A stretch of 64,000 bases of DNA from an uncultured Desulfospira sp. (lineage in GTDB: Bacteria; Desulfobacterota; Desulfobacteria; Desulfobacterales; Desulfobacteraceae). Positions 1 through 9,087 of the stretch are shown piece after piece. The DNA is taken from the NCBI GenBank assembly GCA_963663165.1, contig OY760175.1, positions 3,872,001 to 3,936,000 on the forward strand. Direction: 5' to 3'. Made by a program: the position numbers and the translations under genes. The notes beneath the pieces are model-generated. The model saw nothing but the letters and a program-made list of their open reading frames with translations, did no database searches and had not been told where the DNA came from. Every line of letters begins with the position of its first letter. The first letter of the stretch is position 1.

Positions 1-152
1 TCGAATGACACTTGATCACCCTCATTGAGAGTTTTAAAACCAGTTGCATTGATGCCTGAATGATGGACAAATACATCTTTGCCACCACCTGCATGTTCAA
101 TAAATCCAAAACCTTTTGACTCGTTAAACCATTTTACGATACCGTTTGCCAT
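1..152 (-). CDS. cspA: cold-shock protein (3' end runs off the window)
   Basis: Manual translation from CAT at 150-152: [50 protein letters not shown], with the RNP1 (KGFGFI) and RNP2 (VFVH) motifs; GGAG RBS upstream. Confidence 0.93.
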   Translation of the reverse strand, partial: MANGIVKWFNESKGFGFIEHAGGGKDVFVHHSGINATGFKTLNEGDQVSF

Positions 153-986
153 GTAGGCGTTCTCCTAAATAAGAATAAAAATAAATCGTCTCGATCTTAA
201 AGAATAATCACTGATTTCTCGGGGAAAATATCTAAGGAAGAAACTCAAGCACTTCAAAATAGCGCAATGTTGGTCATTTTACAGATTACTGAGGAGAAGT
301 CAAGAAAAAAAATATTATTTCAAAATAACATTTTTTTTGCAACAATTTTGAGTAGGATTAGCAGGAATTGAAGTGTTATTTGCTATATATCAAAATATTG
401 TAATTATATATAATAAATCAAATTGTTAGAAGAGTTTCAAAAGCACTTTTTAGCACTTTTTGGTTAGAATGAAACCCTAAATTACGATTAAATGAAATGG
501 CAAATCCACTACTTTATATTTAATTCAGTTGCAATTCTTACCCAATGTTGTATGCTGTTTATAAAATAAATCAGCCAGAGTAAATTCCCCCTTGGTTAGA
601 CTAAATCACTTAGGCGGTCCTCGCTACTTAATCTTTACCCTATCTTGTATATTTTTGTCTGATTTTTTATTGATTATCACAAAAGTTGATTAGCTGTTTG
701 ATTAATCATTAACACCTTAAATTTAAACCCAAATTCGAATCCTTAAGTTGTTTTGGATGTTGTTTGGTACTTTCGGATGAGATTACAGGAAAGGATTGGA
801 AATGCAAAAGAAACCTAAATCGAAGTATGGATACAGTAAGAGTGAGTTGATTGAAATTATAAATGAAATTGATGCCGACCGACATCAAATGAGAATTAGA
901 ACCGAAAATCCGAACACTCATAGGAGAAGCAATCGCCCCCATTTGGTTTTGAGAAATGAAAAATAGTCAGAATTAACTTACATACA

Positions 987-1193
987 TTGAAGAGCCCAAA
1001 TATGACTGATAGCCTTGATCAATCAACAGTTTCGTCCAATAATAATTACGAATTACCGATTGATGTTTGTGATCATATGATTTCCACATCGCTTAGAGAC
1101 TTGAGAAAAAAGTATTCGGATTTACGTATCAAGAAATCGTCTGATGCTGATATAGAAGGAAAAACGTTAAAAAAAGAAGAAGAACCAGACTGA
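987..1193 (+). CDS. small hypothetical protein
   Basis: 68-aa ORF directly upstream of and co-oriented with the methyltransferase; no recognisable motif. Confidence 0.3.
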   Translation: MKSPNMTDSLDQSTVSSNNNYELPIDVCDHMISTSLRDLRKKYSDLRIKKSSDADIEGKTLKKEEEPD

Positions 1194-1239
1194 AAACAAA
1201 CCTGGTGCTAAGTTAGAAGGAATTGAATAGGATTCGCTT

Positions 1240-1872
1240 ATGTCTGACATCCGGGTTCGCTATACCACATTGGAAGTTGGGAATATTGATATTCATATCC
1301 GTATGCTGAGGGATTTGCTTCAGTTCAGGGATAATGACGGTATTGCTAGAAGCCTTGGGATTTCTTCTGCCGCCTGGCCAATGTTCGGTGTGATCTGGCC
1401 TTCAGGTATGGTTCTGGCAAATCTGATGTTGGATTACAATGCCAAAGGGAAACGCGTTTTGGAGGTGGGGTGTGGAATCGCTTTGGCCAGTTTGGTTCTG
1501 AATGAGCGGTTAGCTGATATTACCGCAACGGACCATCACCCAGAAACAGGGGGTTTCCTCTTTTATAATGTAAGTCTGAATAACGGGAAAAACATTCCCT
1601 TTGTGCAAACTGGATGGGCTTATTCCGATATCGATCAACTTGGGACATTTGATCTTATTATCGGATCTGATCTCCTATACGAGGAACAGAATATTGAGCT
1701 TTTATCCACATTTATAGATAAGCATAGTCGACGTCAGTGCGAAGTGCTTATGGTTGATCCTGGCCGAGGATTGCATGCAAAATTTAGCAAAAAGATGGTG
1801 GGCCTTGGGTATTCGCATTCTCAAAAAAAACCAAACAATACAGACTATCCCTACAACGTGACTTATATTTAA
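1240..1872 (+). CDS. class I SAM-dependent methyltransferase (lysine/protein MTase family 16-like); native C-terminal 14 aa displaced by IS insertion
   Basis: Motifs FGVIWPSG, VLEVGCGIAL, ITATDH, DLIIGSDLLYE; the reading frame resumes after the IS at 3392-3436 (LNDGFKGWILNYTR*). Confidence 0.85.
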   Translation: MSDIRVRYTTLEVGNIDIHIRMLRDLLQFRDNDGIARSLGISSAAWPMFGVIWPSGMVLANLMLDYNAKGKRVLEVGCGIALASLVLNERLADITATDHHPETGGFLFYNVSLNNGKNIPFVQTGWAYSDIDQLGTFDLIIGSDLLYEEQNIELLSTFIDKHSRRQCEVLMVDPGRGLHAKFSKKMVGLGYSHSQKKPNNTDYPYNVTYI

Positions 1873-3387
1873 TATTATTGTTTTAGGTAACATAATCTGC
1901 TACACTCCGCAATATAACTTTTATATAGGAGGTAGAGTATGTTGCCTGAAATCCGAAAAGATGAGTACCTTTATCCTATCCCCAAATTTGATATCTGTGA
2001 AGGGGATGTAAAAAATTTTTTCAATGAACTTAAAGGGTTTCATGAAATTTTCCACGACTGTTTTCATCGTTCTGAGTCAAGGGAACATTTTTTCAGGTAT
2101 ATGGCTGGGCAATTTAGTGACCTGGAAAGAAAATCAATTGAACCCATTGCTCTGGCCGTTGAAGATGGCAATGTTAGGGCAATGCAGCGTTTTATTAGCG
2201 ATGCTGAATGGAATGACGCCAATATTATGGCCAAGTATCGTAATCTCATAAATGAAGATATGGGGACACCTGATGGCGTTCTTATTTTTGATGAAAGCGG
2301 TTTTGTTAAAAAAGGCAATGAATCCATCGGTGTTGCCAGACAATATTGCGGGAATGTCGGCAAGGTTGAAAACAGCCAAGTGGGTGTTTTTGCAGCCTAT
2401 GCTTCCCCAAAGGGCTACGGATTGATTGATAAACGACTGTTTATACCTGAACTATGGTTTAAAGACGATCACAAACAGGGAAGAAAAAAGTGCAAACTGC
2501 CTGAGTCTGTTTCGTTTAAGACAAAACCGCAATTGGCTTCCGAAATGTTGAACGAACTCGCAGAAGAAGCCATCGTGCCGTTTAAGTATGTTACCGCGGA
2601 TTCATTGTATGGCAACAGTGATGATTTTATTGAAGCTGTTGAGCAACATCCGGATTTGACCTATTTTGTAGAAGTTCCTTGTAATACTCAATGCTGGTTT
2701 AACAGACCTATTACCGTTGAAAAAACTTACAAATACAAAGGAGAGCAGCGTACAAAAATAGTTGTTGAAAAATCCTCCAAAAAGCCGGTCGATGTCAAAA
2801 CTATCGCAAAAAATATAAATGATTTTTTCTGGTACCGCCGGAAAGTATCTGAAGGTACCAAAGGACCTATTGAATATGAATTTACCAAAAGACGAGTGGT
2901 ACTTTCCAAAGGAAACACGCCTACAAAATCGGTGTGGCTGATCATGAGGCGAACCCTTGGGAAATCCCCGGATTATAAATTTTTCCTTAGCAATGCCGGG
3001 GTTAGTGCCAGATTAAAGCTTTTTGTATGGCTTAGTGGTATTCGTTGGGCAATTGAACAGTGTTTTGAGGAAACCAAGACTGAACTCGGCATGGATCATT
3101 ATGAGGTCCGTAAATACCCAGGCTGGAATCATCATATAATAACGTGCATGCTTGCACATTTTTTCTTGTGGCACCTGAAAATCAGGATGGGAAAAAAAAG
3201 CTCCATCCATTACAGTGTCGCAGCTTAGAATACTAATGGAGGTGGTTTTGCCATTGAGACCTTGTCGTTTTCATACCGTTATGCAATCGGTTTTGTATTA
3301 CCAAAGGCGCAATCACGCTGCATATCTATCGCATCGAAAAAGGAGGCTTCTTGATAGAAAGAATACGCACTAAGTTACGTTGTAGGG
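1849..3387 (+). mobile_element. IS701-family insertion sequence, complete
   Basis: 17-bp terminal inverted repeats CCCTACAACGTGACTTA (1849-1865) and TAAGTTACGTTGTAGGG (3371-3387), one mismatch; 4-bp target duplication CTAT (1845-1848, 3388-3391). Confidence 0.92.
1939..3373 (+). CDS. IS701-family DDE transposase (main ORF ends 3228; C-terminal tail in the +1 frame after an A8 run, ending 3373)
   Basis: Motifs LIFDESGFVKKG..SIGVARQYCG.GK.ENSQVGV, TADSLYG, RWAIEQCFEE.KTELGMDHYEVR; +1-frame tail APSITVSQLRIL...RRNHAAYLSHRKRR. Confidence 0.92.
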
Positions 3388-3944
3388 CTATTTGAATGAT
3401 GGATTTAAAGGCTGGATTCTTAACTATACCAGATAGCCAAAATTAAGATAATTCACGTGTATCAATTTTGATTTTGACAGGCAGCGCTTAACAATCAAAT
3501 CCTCCAACTTCTTTCTTCTTTGTTTCTGATCATCAAGGCAGAGTGTACCCTTTCCGAAATGAGTGAAGCCAAAGTCCGCAATAATGGTGTCCCCTGATCC
3601 CCAATCTGAATTCAGATACCATATCTTGTGGTCCGGTTCAAATCTCCAGATTACATTTTATATATTAAACTCCTGACTCTGATGGAATCTCTGAAAAAGA
3701 GACCCATACGTCCATGATCTGTCGTTTGGAACACGGATTCTGAAGCAACAATATATTATTAACCTTGGCCATCTCCGGCAAAATTAAATTTTATAATCCG
3801 TATCCCATTCAACATCGACATCAGACTTAACGCCAGTTTCAACCGGTTTCCCAGAGCCGAATGCATAAGAAGTATTGACGTCATGTTCAACATCCCCTAT
3901 ATATTTGTGCATTATGAAAATAATTTATGAAATTGGAGATATGT

Positions 3945-4463
3945 ATGTTAAAACCCGTTCAATCTATTCTGTTTGCAACCAACCTGAATAAAACCTGCAT
4001 TCCGGCCTTTGAAATGGCCGCGTCCCTCGCTGCCCGGCATCAGGCCACCCTCGTGCTGATCCATGTGGTGCAGCAGATGCCTGAATACGTGGAAAACCGC
4101 CTCAAAGGGCTGTTCGGGGAGCAGGGATACGAGGATATGGTCCAGAAAAAATCCAACACTGCCCGTGCGGCCCTGATCGGCAAACGGTCCTCTTCTGACC
4201 TGGTACGCGACGCCCTTGAACAATTTTGTGCCAATGTCGGCATAGATGATGACTCTTGTGATTACCAGACCAAAGAAATCGTTGTTACCAGCGGAAATCT
4301 AGAAGATGAAATTCTGGCCGCCGCTAAAAAGTACAATTGCGGCCTCATTGTCATGGGCGCAAGGGAAGGATTTATCAGCGACAATTCCATCGGCCACACC
4401 ATTAAAACCATCATGCGCCGGTCCAGCATTCCGGTGATGATGGTGCCCCCGCCCGAAGAATAA
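3945..4463 (+). CDS. universal stress protein (UspA family)
   Basis: Motifs SILFATNL, LVLIHVV, LIVMGAREG..SIGHT..IMRRSSIPVMMVP; GGAG RBS before ATG 3945. Confidence 0.9.
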   Translation: MLKPVQSILFATNLNKTCIPAFEMAASLAARHQATLVLIHVVQQMPEYVENRLKGLFGEQGYEDMVQKKSNTARAALIGKRSSSDLVRDALEQFCANVGIDDDSCDYQTKEIVVTSGNLEDEILAAAKKYNCGLIVMGAREGFISDNSIGHTIKTIMRRSSIPVMMVPPPEE

Positions 4464-4521
4464 TCCGGCTGTATATTGCGGACGGGCATATTGAATTTGG
4501 CCGTCCCAAAAACTTAAAAAT

Positions 4522-4561
4522 AAGAAAACCGCTTTTTGTTTCAAAAAGCGGTTTTCTTTTT
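4522..4561. terminator. bidirectional intrinsic terminator
   Basis: AAGAAAACCGCTTTTTG-ttt-CAAAAAGCGGTTTTCTT hairpin with A/T tails between convergent genes. Confidence 0.8.
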
Positions 4562-4586
4562 GTTGTAAAATAAAAACGGCCCGGAA

Positions 4587-5081
4587 TTACCCGGCAACAA
4601 GTCCGGAAAACACCTTCCTTAAATACTCCTGGGGAACCGGGGTTAAATAAGGCTCATCATCCATTTCAAATTCAGCAGGAATCGATTCACGGCTGCGACC
4701 CCCGGTCTGGTCCTGGACATGAACGCCTACTATGTCAAAAGCGTCCATGCTCAAGGCCCTTTTATGGGGTCTTTTCTTGGAATTCTGGTCAAACCAGGCG
4801 TCACAACTTTCGTGATCTCCCACATGCATCACATAAATGGCCCTCCGGGTTTTGATACAAATCAACCTGAACCCTGATCCGAGATCAAACTTTTTGCTGT
4901 CTTTGACCCGCTTGTCAGATCTTGACCTGAGCAGCCCGGGAGATTCCGTCTCCTGGCCCTGGATCAGGGCATCAATGATCTTTCTGGCCCGGCCTGCGGC
5001 AATAGAAGGGGCATTGGCCTGTTTTTCCATGGCCGTCAGCTGCTTTTCAATTTTGGGATGAATCTGGACCTGGTCTGCCAT
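4587..5081 (-). CDS. hypothetical protein, possible RelE/HigB-like fold
   Basis: GGGGG RBS before ATG 5081; segment KFDLGSGFRLICIK..IYVMHVGDH resembles the RelE-superfamily beta-sheet. Confidence 0.55.
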   Translation of the reverse strand: MADQVQIHPKIEKQLTAMEKQANAPSIAAGRARKIIDALIQGQETESPGLLRSRSDKRVKDSKKFDLGSGFRLICIKTRRAIYVMHVGDHESCDAWFDQNSKKRPHKRALSMDAFDIVGVHVQDQTGGRSRESIPAEFEMDDEPYLTPVPQEYLRKVFSGLVAG

Positions 5082-5092
5082 AATCCCCCCTT

Positions 5093-5410
5093 TTAGCTGC
5101 CGCAGCAGGAACCGCTGCTGCCGCATGAAGAGCAGCCGCCGCCAAGGCTGAGGTTTGAATCCAGGGCAAATCCCATGCCCGTAAAATCCACCTTTACCGG
5201 GGTGGCCTTGGCCATCAGGTCTTTCTCCATGATGTATTCCACCCCGTCGTAAACAAAACCGTCGTCGGTGTCCTTTTTTTCATCCAAGGCCATGGCCAGG
5301 GACGGTCCGCCGCAGCCCATATTATTGACAAAAATTCTGACGGGCTGCACCTCTTTGCCATTAAAATACTCTCTTACCTGCTCCTGGGCAGCCTCTGTAA
5401 CACTGATCAT
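5093..5410 (-). CDS. IscA/HesB-family Fe-S carrier-like protein
   Basis: MISVTEAA..VRIFV..GCGGPSLAMALDE..V.VDF; Cys-rich C-terminus GCSSCGSSGSCC. Confidence 0.88.
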   Translation of the reverse strand: MISVTEAAQEQVREYFNGKEVQPVRIFVNNMGCGGPSLAMALDEKKDTDDGFVYDGVEYIMEKDLMAKATPVKVDFTGMGFALDSNLSLGGGCSSCGSSGSCCGS

Positions 5411-5507
5411 CTTAATCTCCTCTTTAAAGCTGTTAGCCTTTAGCTGTTAGTTGTTTGCCTTCAGCCGTTCAAAAAAGCCAAAGGCTGATAATCCTTCTTG
5501 TTTTTTT

Positions 5508-5582
5508 GTGTTTGGACGAGAATTTGCTTGAGAGGCAAACTTTCCTGCAACGCAGCAGATGGGTGAATTCTCGTTCAAACAC
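5508..5582 (+). repeat. MITE-like intergenic repeat, short copy
   Basis: GTGTTTGGACGAGAA...GCAACGCAGCAGATGGGTGAATTCTCGTTCAAACAC; related to 61073-61146 and 62976-63100. Confidence 0.8.
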
Positions 5583-5585
5583 ATG

Positions 5586-6431
5586 TTAATATTCTCCTGG
5601 TGTCTTTTGTAATTCTTCCAGCGTAAACACCGGGCCGTCTTTGCAGACCAGTTCCCGGCCGATATTGCACCGGCCGCACATGCCGAATCCGCACTTCATC
5701 CGGTTCTCAAGGCTCATAATAATATCAGAGTCGGTATAGCCCAGATCCTGAAGCACGGGCCGGGTGAACTTGATCATAATGGGCGGACCGCAGACAATGG
5801 CCAAGGTGGACCCGTCTGCTTTGGGGGCGCACTCCCCGGTCACCGTGGGAACAAATCCCGTGTGATAGGCCCAGTCAGGATCATCAGTGCCGTCAACGGT
5901 GATGTGCATGTTGATGTCATCGCGTTTTTCCCATTCCACCAACTCGTCCCTGTAAAGCAGCATGCCCGGATGCCGGGCCCCGTATACCACGTCAATGTTG
6001 CCGAACCGTTTCCGGTTTTGGGGGTCCAGCATCATGTGGACGGTGGACCGCAGTGTGGTAAAGGCAAACCCGCCGCCAATCACCAGCAGGTTTTTTCCCT
6101 CTATCCGGTCCATGGGGAACCCGTTTCCCATGGGACCCCGAAGCCCCATGAAATCGCCTTCTTTCATGTTATGAAGATGACGGGTGACTTTCCCGGTCTT
6201 GAACACCGTGAACTTGATAATGGGTTTTTCCAGGGGAGAGGATGCAATCCCGATGGGAATCTCGCCCACCCCGGGGATGGACAGCATGCCGAACTGGCCG
6301 CAGTTAAAGTCAAAGGCTTTCTCGTCTGCCGGGTCATCAAAGGCAAAGGTAAATGTTTTCAAAGAAGCATCACTGGTTTCCGTGGTGATTTTCTGTATTT
6401 TGACCGGGTAAGGTTTGTACGGATTTATCAT
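5586..6431 (-). CDS. FAD/NAD(P)-binding oxidoreductase, FlxA/AsrB/PyrK-like
   Basis: Motifs GQF..GEIPIGIASSP, GLRGPMGNGFP, GGG, CGPPIM, SLENRMKCGFGMCGRC..CKDGPVF (2Fe-2S). Confidence 0.9.
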   Translation of the reverse strand: MINPYKPYPVKIQKITTETSDASLKTFTFAFDDPADEKAFDFNCGQFGMLSIPGVGEIPIGIASSPLEKPIIKFTVFKTGKVTRHLHNMKEGDFMGLRGPMGNGFPMDRIEGKNLLVIGGGFAFTTLRSTVHMMLDPQNRKRFGNIDVVYGARHPGMLLYRDELVEWEKRDDINMHITVDGTDDPDWAYHTGFVPTVTGECAPKADGSTLAIVCGPPIMIKFTRPVLQDLGYTDSDIIMSLENRMKCGFGMCGRCNIGRELVCKDGPVFTLEELQKTPGEY

Positions 6432-7516
6432 GATGCCACCTCCCCTTGTTTCTTGTTTCCTGTTTCTTGTATCTTGTCCAAGGTGGTGATGATGTCCCTG
6501 ATGTCGATGTTGACCGGGCAGGCCGATACGCACCGTCCGCACCCCACGCACATGATGCCCTTTTCATATTTATCGCTGAAATATTTGAGCTTGTGCATGA
6601 ACCGGTTCCTGAAGCGCTGGGCCCCTTTTTCCCGGGGGTTATGGCCCGAGGCATGGGCTGAGTAAAGATCGCTCATGCAGGTGTCCCACAACCGCACCCT
6701 TATCCCCTTGTCTCTTTTCACCTCGTCCTGGATGTCAAAGCACCAGCAGGTGGGGCAGGAAAAGGTACAGGTGCCGCAGTTGATACAGGCAAAGGCTAAG
6801 GCATCCCAGTCCGTGTCATTGTAAAGGGACAGGGTGTCGGCCTTTAAGATATTGTCAAAAGCAGGCCCTTCGGGAATAAGCTTTTCGGCCGCTTCCTTGA
6901 GCTGGGCCATCTGCTGTTCAATGGCTTGGTCCCCTTCTTCAAACCCGGCTGCCTTTGAAAATGCCTCGCCCTTAGGGGTTAAGACCTTGCCGATAAACCC
7001 GTCTCCAACTTCCGCCAGGAGGATGTCCAGGCTTGATTCGTCAAAGGGGCCGGTGCCGCAGGCCAGAGAAAAATTGGTGGCATCCGGCTGATTTTCAGCA
7101 AGCCCGATCAGGGTTAAGGCCTCAATGCGCCGGATAAAGTAGGGGTCTTTGTACTCGCTGGTATCAAAGTTGAGTTTAAGCAGGTCAAAGGCCCTGGCAT
7201 CATAGGGCCGTATCCCCACAACTGCCAGGGGGGCATTGTCCGGCTCAATGGCGGTCAGGCTCAGGGACCTGGGGGCATCGACGGTTTCCTTTTTGACCTG
7301 GACCGGATAGGAGAATAAGGGCTCAACTGGGGGAAAAACCAGGGATTTGGGGGACAGACTTGTTTTTTTGTATGACAGATCCGGGGTTTCATTCGCTTGA
7401 AGACGCCGGAATTCGAAAGCCTCGCCTGTCCGGACAGGTCCTGCCAGAGCATAACTTTGCCTTGCCTTTGCCATGGCAGCGGCCAGATCCTGTTTTGAAA
7501 ATCTGATATATTTCAT
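6428..7516 (-). CDS. 4Fe-4S dicluster protein, FlxB/AsrA-like
   Basis: CINCGTCTFSCPTCWCFD, RFRNRFMHK, CVGCGRCVSACP. Confidence 0.88.
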   Translation of the reverse strand: MKYIRFSKQDLAAAMAKARQSYALAGPVRTGEAFEFRRLQANETPDLSYKKTSLSPKSLVFPPVEPLFSYPVQVKKETVDAPRSLSLTAIEPDNAPLAVVGIRPYDARAFDLLKLNFDTSEYKDPYFIRRIEALTLIGLAENQPDATNFSLACGTGPFDESSLDILLAEVGDGFIGKVLTPKGEAFSKAAGFEEGDQAIEQQMAQLKEAAEKLIPEGPAFDNILKADTLSLYNDTDWDALAFACINCGTCTFSCPTCWCFDIQDEVKRDKGIRVRLWDTCMSDLYSAHASGHNPREKGAQRFRNRFMHKLKYFSDKYEKGIMCVGCGRCVSACPVNIDIRDIITTLDKIQETGNKKQGEVAS

Positions 7517-7586
7517 GGAGGTTCCTCTTTGAGAGCTGTTAGCTGTTAGCTGTTAGCCGTTAGCTTTTAACGGCGTTCAGACGCAA

Positions 7587-8549
7587 TCACCGGATAAATT
7601 CGTTGGGATCCTTTAAGCTGAACTGGTCCAGGGCCGGCCGGCTGTCGGGATTCATTCCCGTTTCCCAGCCATAGGCCTGTTTACAGTCATAAATGGTCTT
7701 TCGGGTAAAGGCCCGCATTTTAATATCCATGGGACAGGCGGCCTCACACGCCCCGCAGTCCGTACAGCGGCCCGCGTCGTGAAAGGCACGGACCAGGTGA
7801 AAGGTCATCACGTCGGTGGGGTCACAGGTCTTGCCCACCCATTGGGGCGCTGACTCGTCCACAAAACAGGTGGGACAGTAGCACAGGGGGCAGGCGCTGC
7901 GGCAGGCATAGCACCGGATACACGAAGAGACCATATCGGCAAAAAAGGCCTTTCTTTTTTCCGTGTCCATGGCCGTAATGCCGGTCACGTCTTTGAACCG
8001 GTCCTCTCCCATGTCAAGCTCATCCACTTTTTCCCCGACAAGCTCATCAAACATCACCGGATTCCGGCTGATACAGGTTTTACAGTTGTCCTGGAGCAGA
8101 TCGGCCCTGGCCAGGCGTTTTTCGCCGGTGGCAAGGGTAAGCACCAATTCCTCTCCTTGTTCTGTCATGGAAAGGATGTCCCCGCCGGCCTGTTTAAAAA
8201 GCCTGGTTTTATCCACCATTCCCGTACAGGGAAGGCCAATGATATGAATCTGTTCCCGGCGGTACCGGTTTTCCTGGATCTGAGTGACCATGTTACGGCT
8301 GTCACATCCCTTGGCAAAGACGGCTATGCGGCCCGTTTCCCCCTTGAACCGGTCCGGGTTCAAATAGGCGGCAAGGTTCATCCGGCAATGGGCGTTAAAC
8401 ATCAGTTTCTTTGCCTGTTCAGGGGTTCTGGCCATAAAGGGCTGGGTCATCCAGGGCAGGCTGCCCCGGCAGTAGCCGATAACGGCATCCACCTCTCCTT
8501 TTTCCAACAGGCCGGCGGCCATACTTTGAATGTCCTGGTTGGTTGTCAT
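7587..8549 (-). CDS. 4Fe-4S protein, FlxC/FrhB-FdhB-like
   Basis: KGCDSR, IIGLPC.G, CIRCYACRSACPLCYCPTC, AGRCTDCGACEAACP. Confidence 0.85.
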   Translation of the reverse strand: MTTNQDIQSMAAGLLEKGEVDAVIGYCRGSLPWMTQPFMARTPEQAKKLMFNAHCRMNLAAYLNPDRFKGETGRIAVFAKGCDSRNMVTQIQENRYRREQIHIIGLPCTGMVDKTRLFKQAGGDILSMTEQGEELVLTLATGEKRLARADLLQDNCKTCISRNPVMFDELVGEKVDELDMGEDRFKDVTGITAMDTEKRKAFFADMVSSCIRCYACRSACPLCYCPTCFVDESAPQWVGKTCDPTDVMTFHLVRAFHDAGRCTDCGACEAACPMDIKMRAFTRKTIYDCKQAYGWETGMNPDSRPALDQFSLKDPNEFIR

Positions 8550-8980
8550 ATGGCCACCTCCGGCAGTTTTTTAATCAGATGGGTGGCAGGCCCTAAGGCG
8601 GCAACCTCAGCAATGACCTGCCGGGCCACTTCGGAAAACTTGACCCCTTCGGCCGAGGAGATCCAGGAGAACTGGAGACGGCCCGGTTCCAGGCCCGTAT
8701 ACTCTAACAGCTCTTTTAAGAGATGAAATTTTCTGCGGGCATAATAATTGCCCTCAATATAATGACAGTCTCCGGGATGGCACCCGGAAATCCAGACCCC
8801 GTCGGCCCCGTTCCGGATAGCATGAAGGATCATCTTGGCCGACACCCTGCCCGAGCAGGGAACCCGGACAATCCGCATGTTGGGCGGATATTGAAACCGG
8901 CTCACCCCGGCCAGATCGGCAGCACCGTATGAACACCAGTTGCACAGAAACGTTACAATTTTCGGTTCGAATTCAGTCAT
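8546..8980 (-). CDS. mvhD: hydrogenase iron-sulfur subunit MvhD/FlxD-like
   Basis: FLCNWCSYGAADLAG, RVPCSGRV, GCHPGDCHY.EGN, WISSAEG. Confidence 0.92.
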   Translation of the reverse strand: MTEFEPKIVTFLCNWCSYGAADLAGVSRFQYPPNMRIVRVPCSGRVSAKMILHAIRNGADGVWISGCHPGDCHYIEGNYYARRKFHLLKELLEYTGLEPGRLQFSWISSAEGVKFSEVARQVIAEVAALGPATHLIKKLPEVAI

Positions 8981-8992
8981 TTTAATTCCTTA

Positions 8993-9081
8993 TGGGGTAT
9001 GGGATTTGGGATATGGGACTTGGGGCCGTTATACACTTTCTGTTTCTCAAACCCCAAGTCCCAAATCTCAAGTCCCAAGTC
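8993..9081. repeat. 7-bp-periodic tandem arrays forming an inverted pair
   Basis: (TGGGAYW)n followed by (CCCAAGT)n between hdrA and mvhD; similar array at 37481-37541. Confidence 0.7.
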
Positions 9082-9087
9082 TAATAT

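Noticed and set aside
709..942. 77-aa minus-strand ORF
   Set aside because: No motif or RBS in AT-rich intergenic DNA.
3436..3660. Minus-strand open stretch containing IIADFG, kinase-like
   Set aside because: No start codon, no other kinase motifs, and too short to support.
5862..6665. Long antisense ORFs such as 5862-6665, 10441-11310, 33666-34514, 36465-37217, 48961-49776, 59761-60459 and 63289-63975
   Set aside because: They lie opposite well-supported genes, have no motifs, and are typical shadow ORFs of GC-rich coding DNA.
8993..9081. CRISPR array from the various short repeats
   Set aside because: The units are 7-bp tandem or dispersed repeats with no unique spacers, and there are no cas genes.
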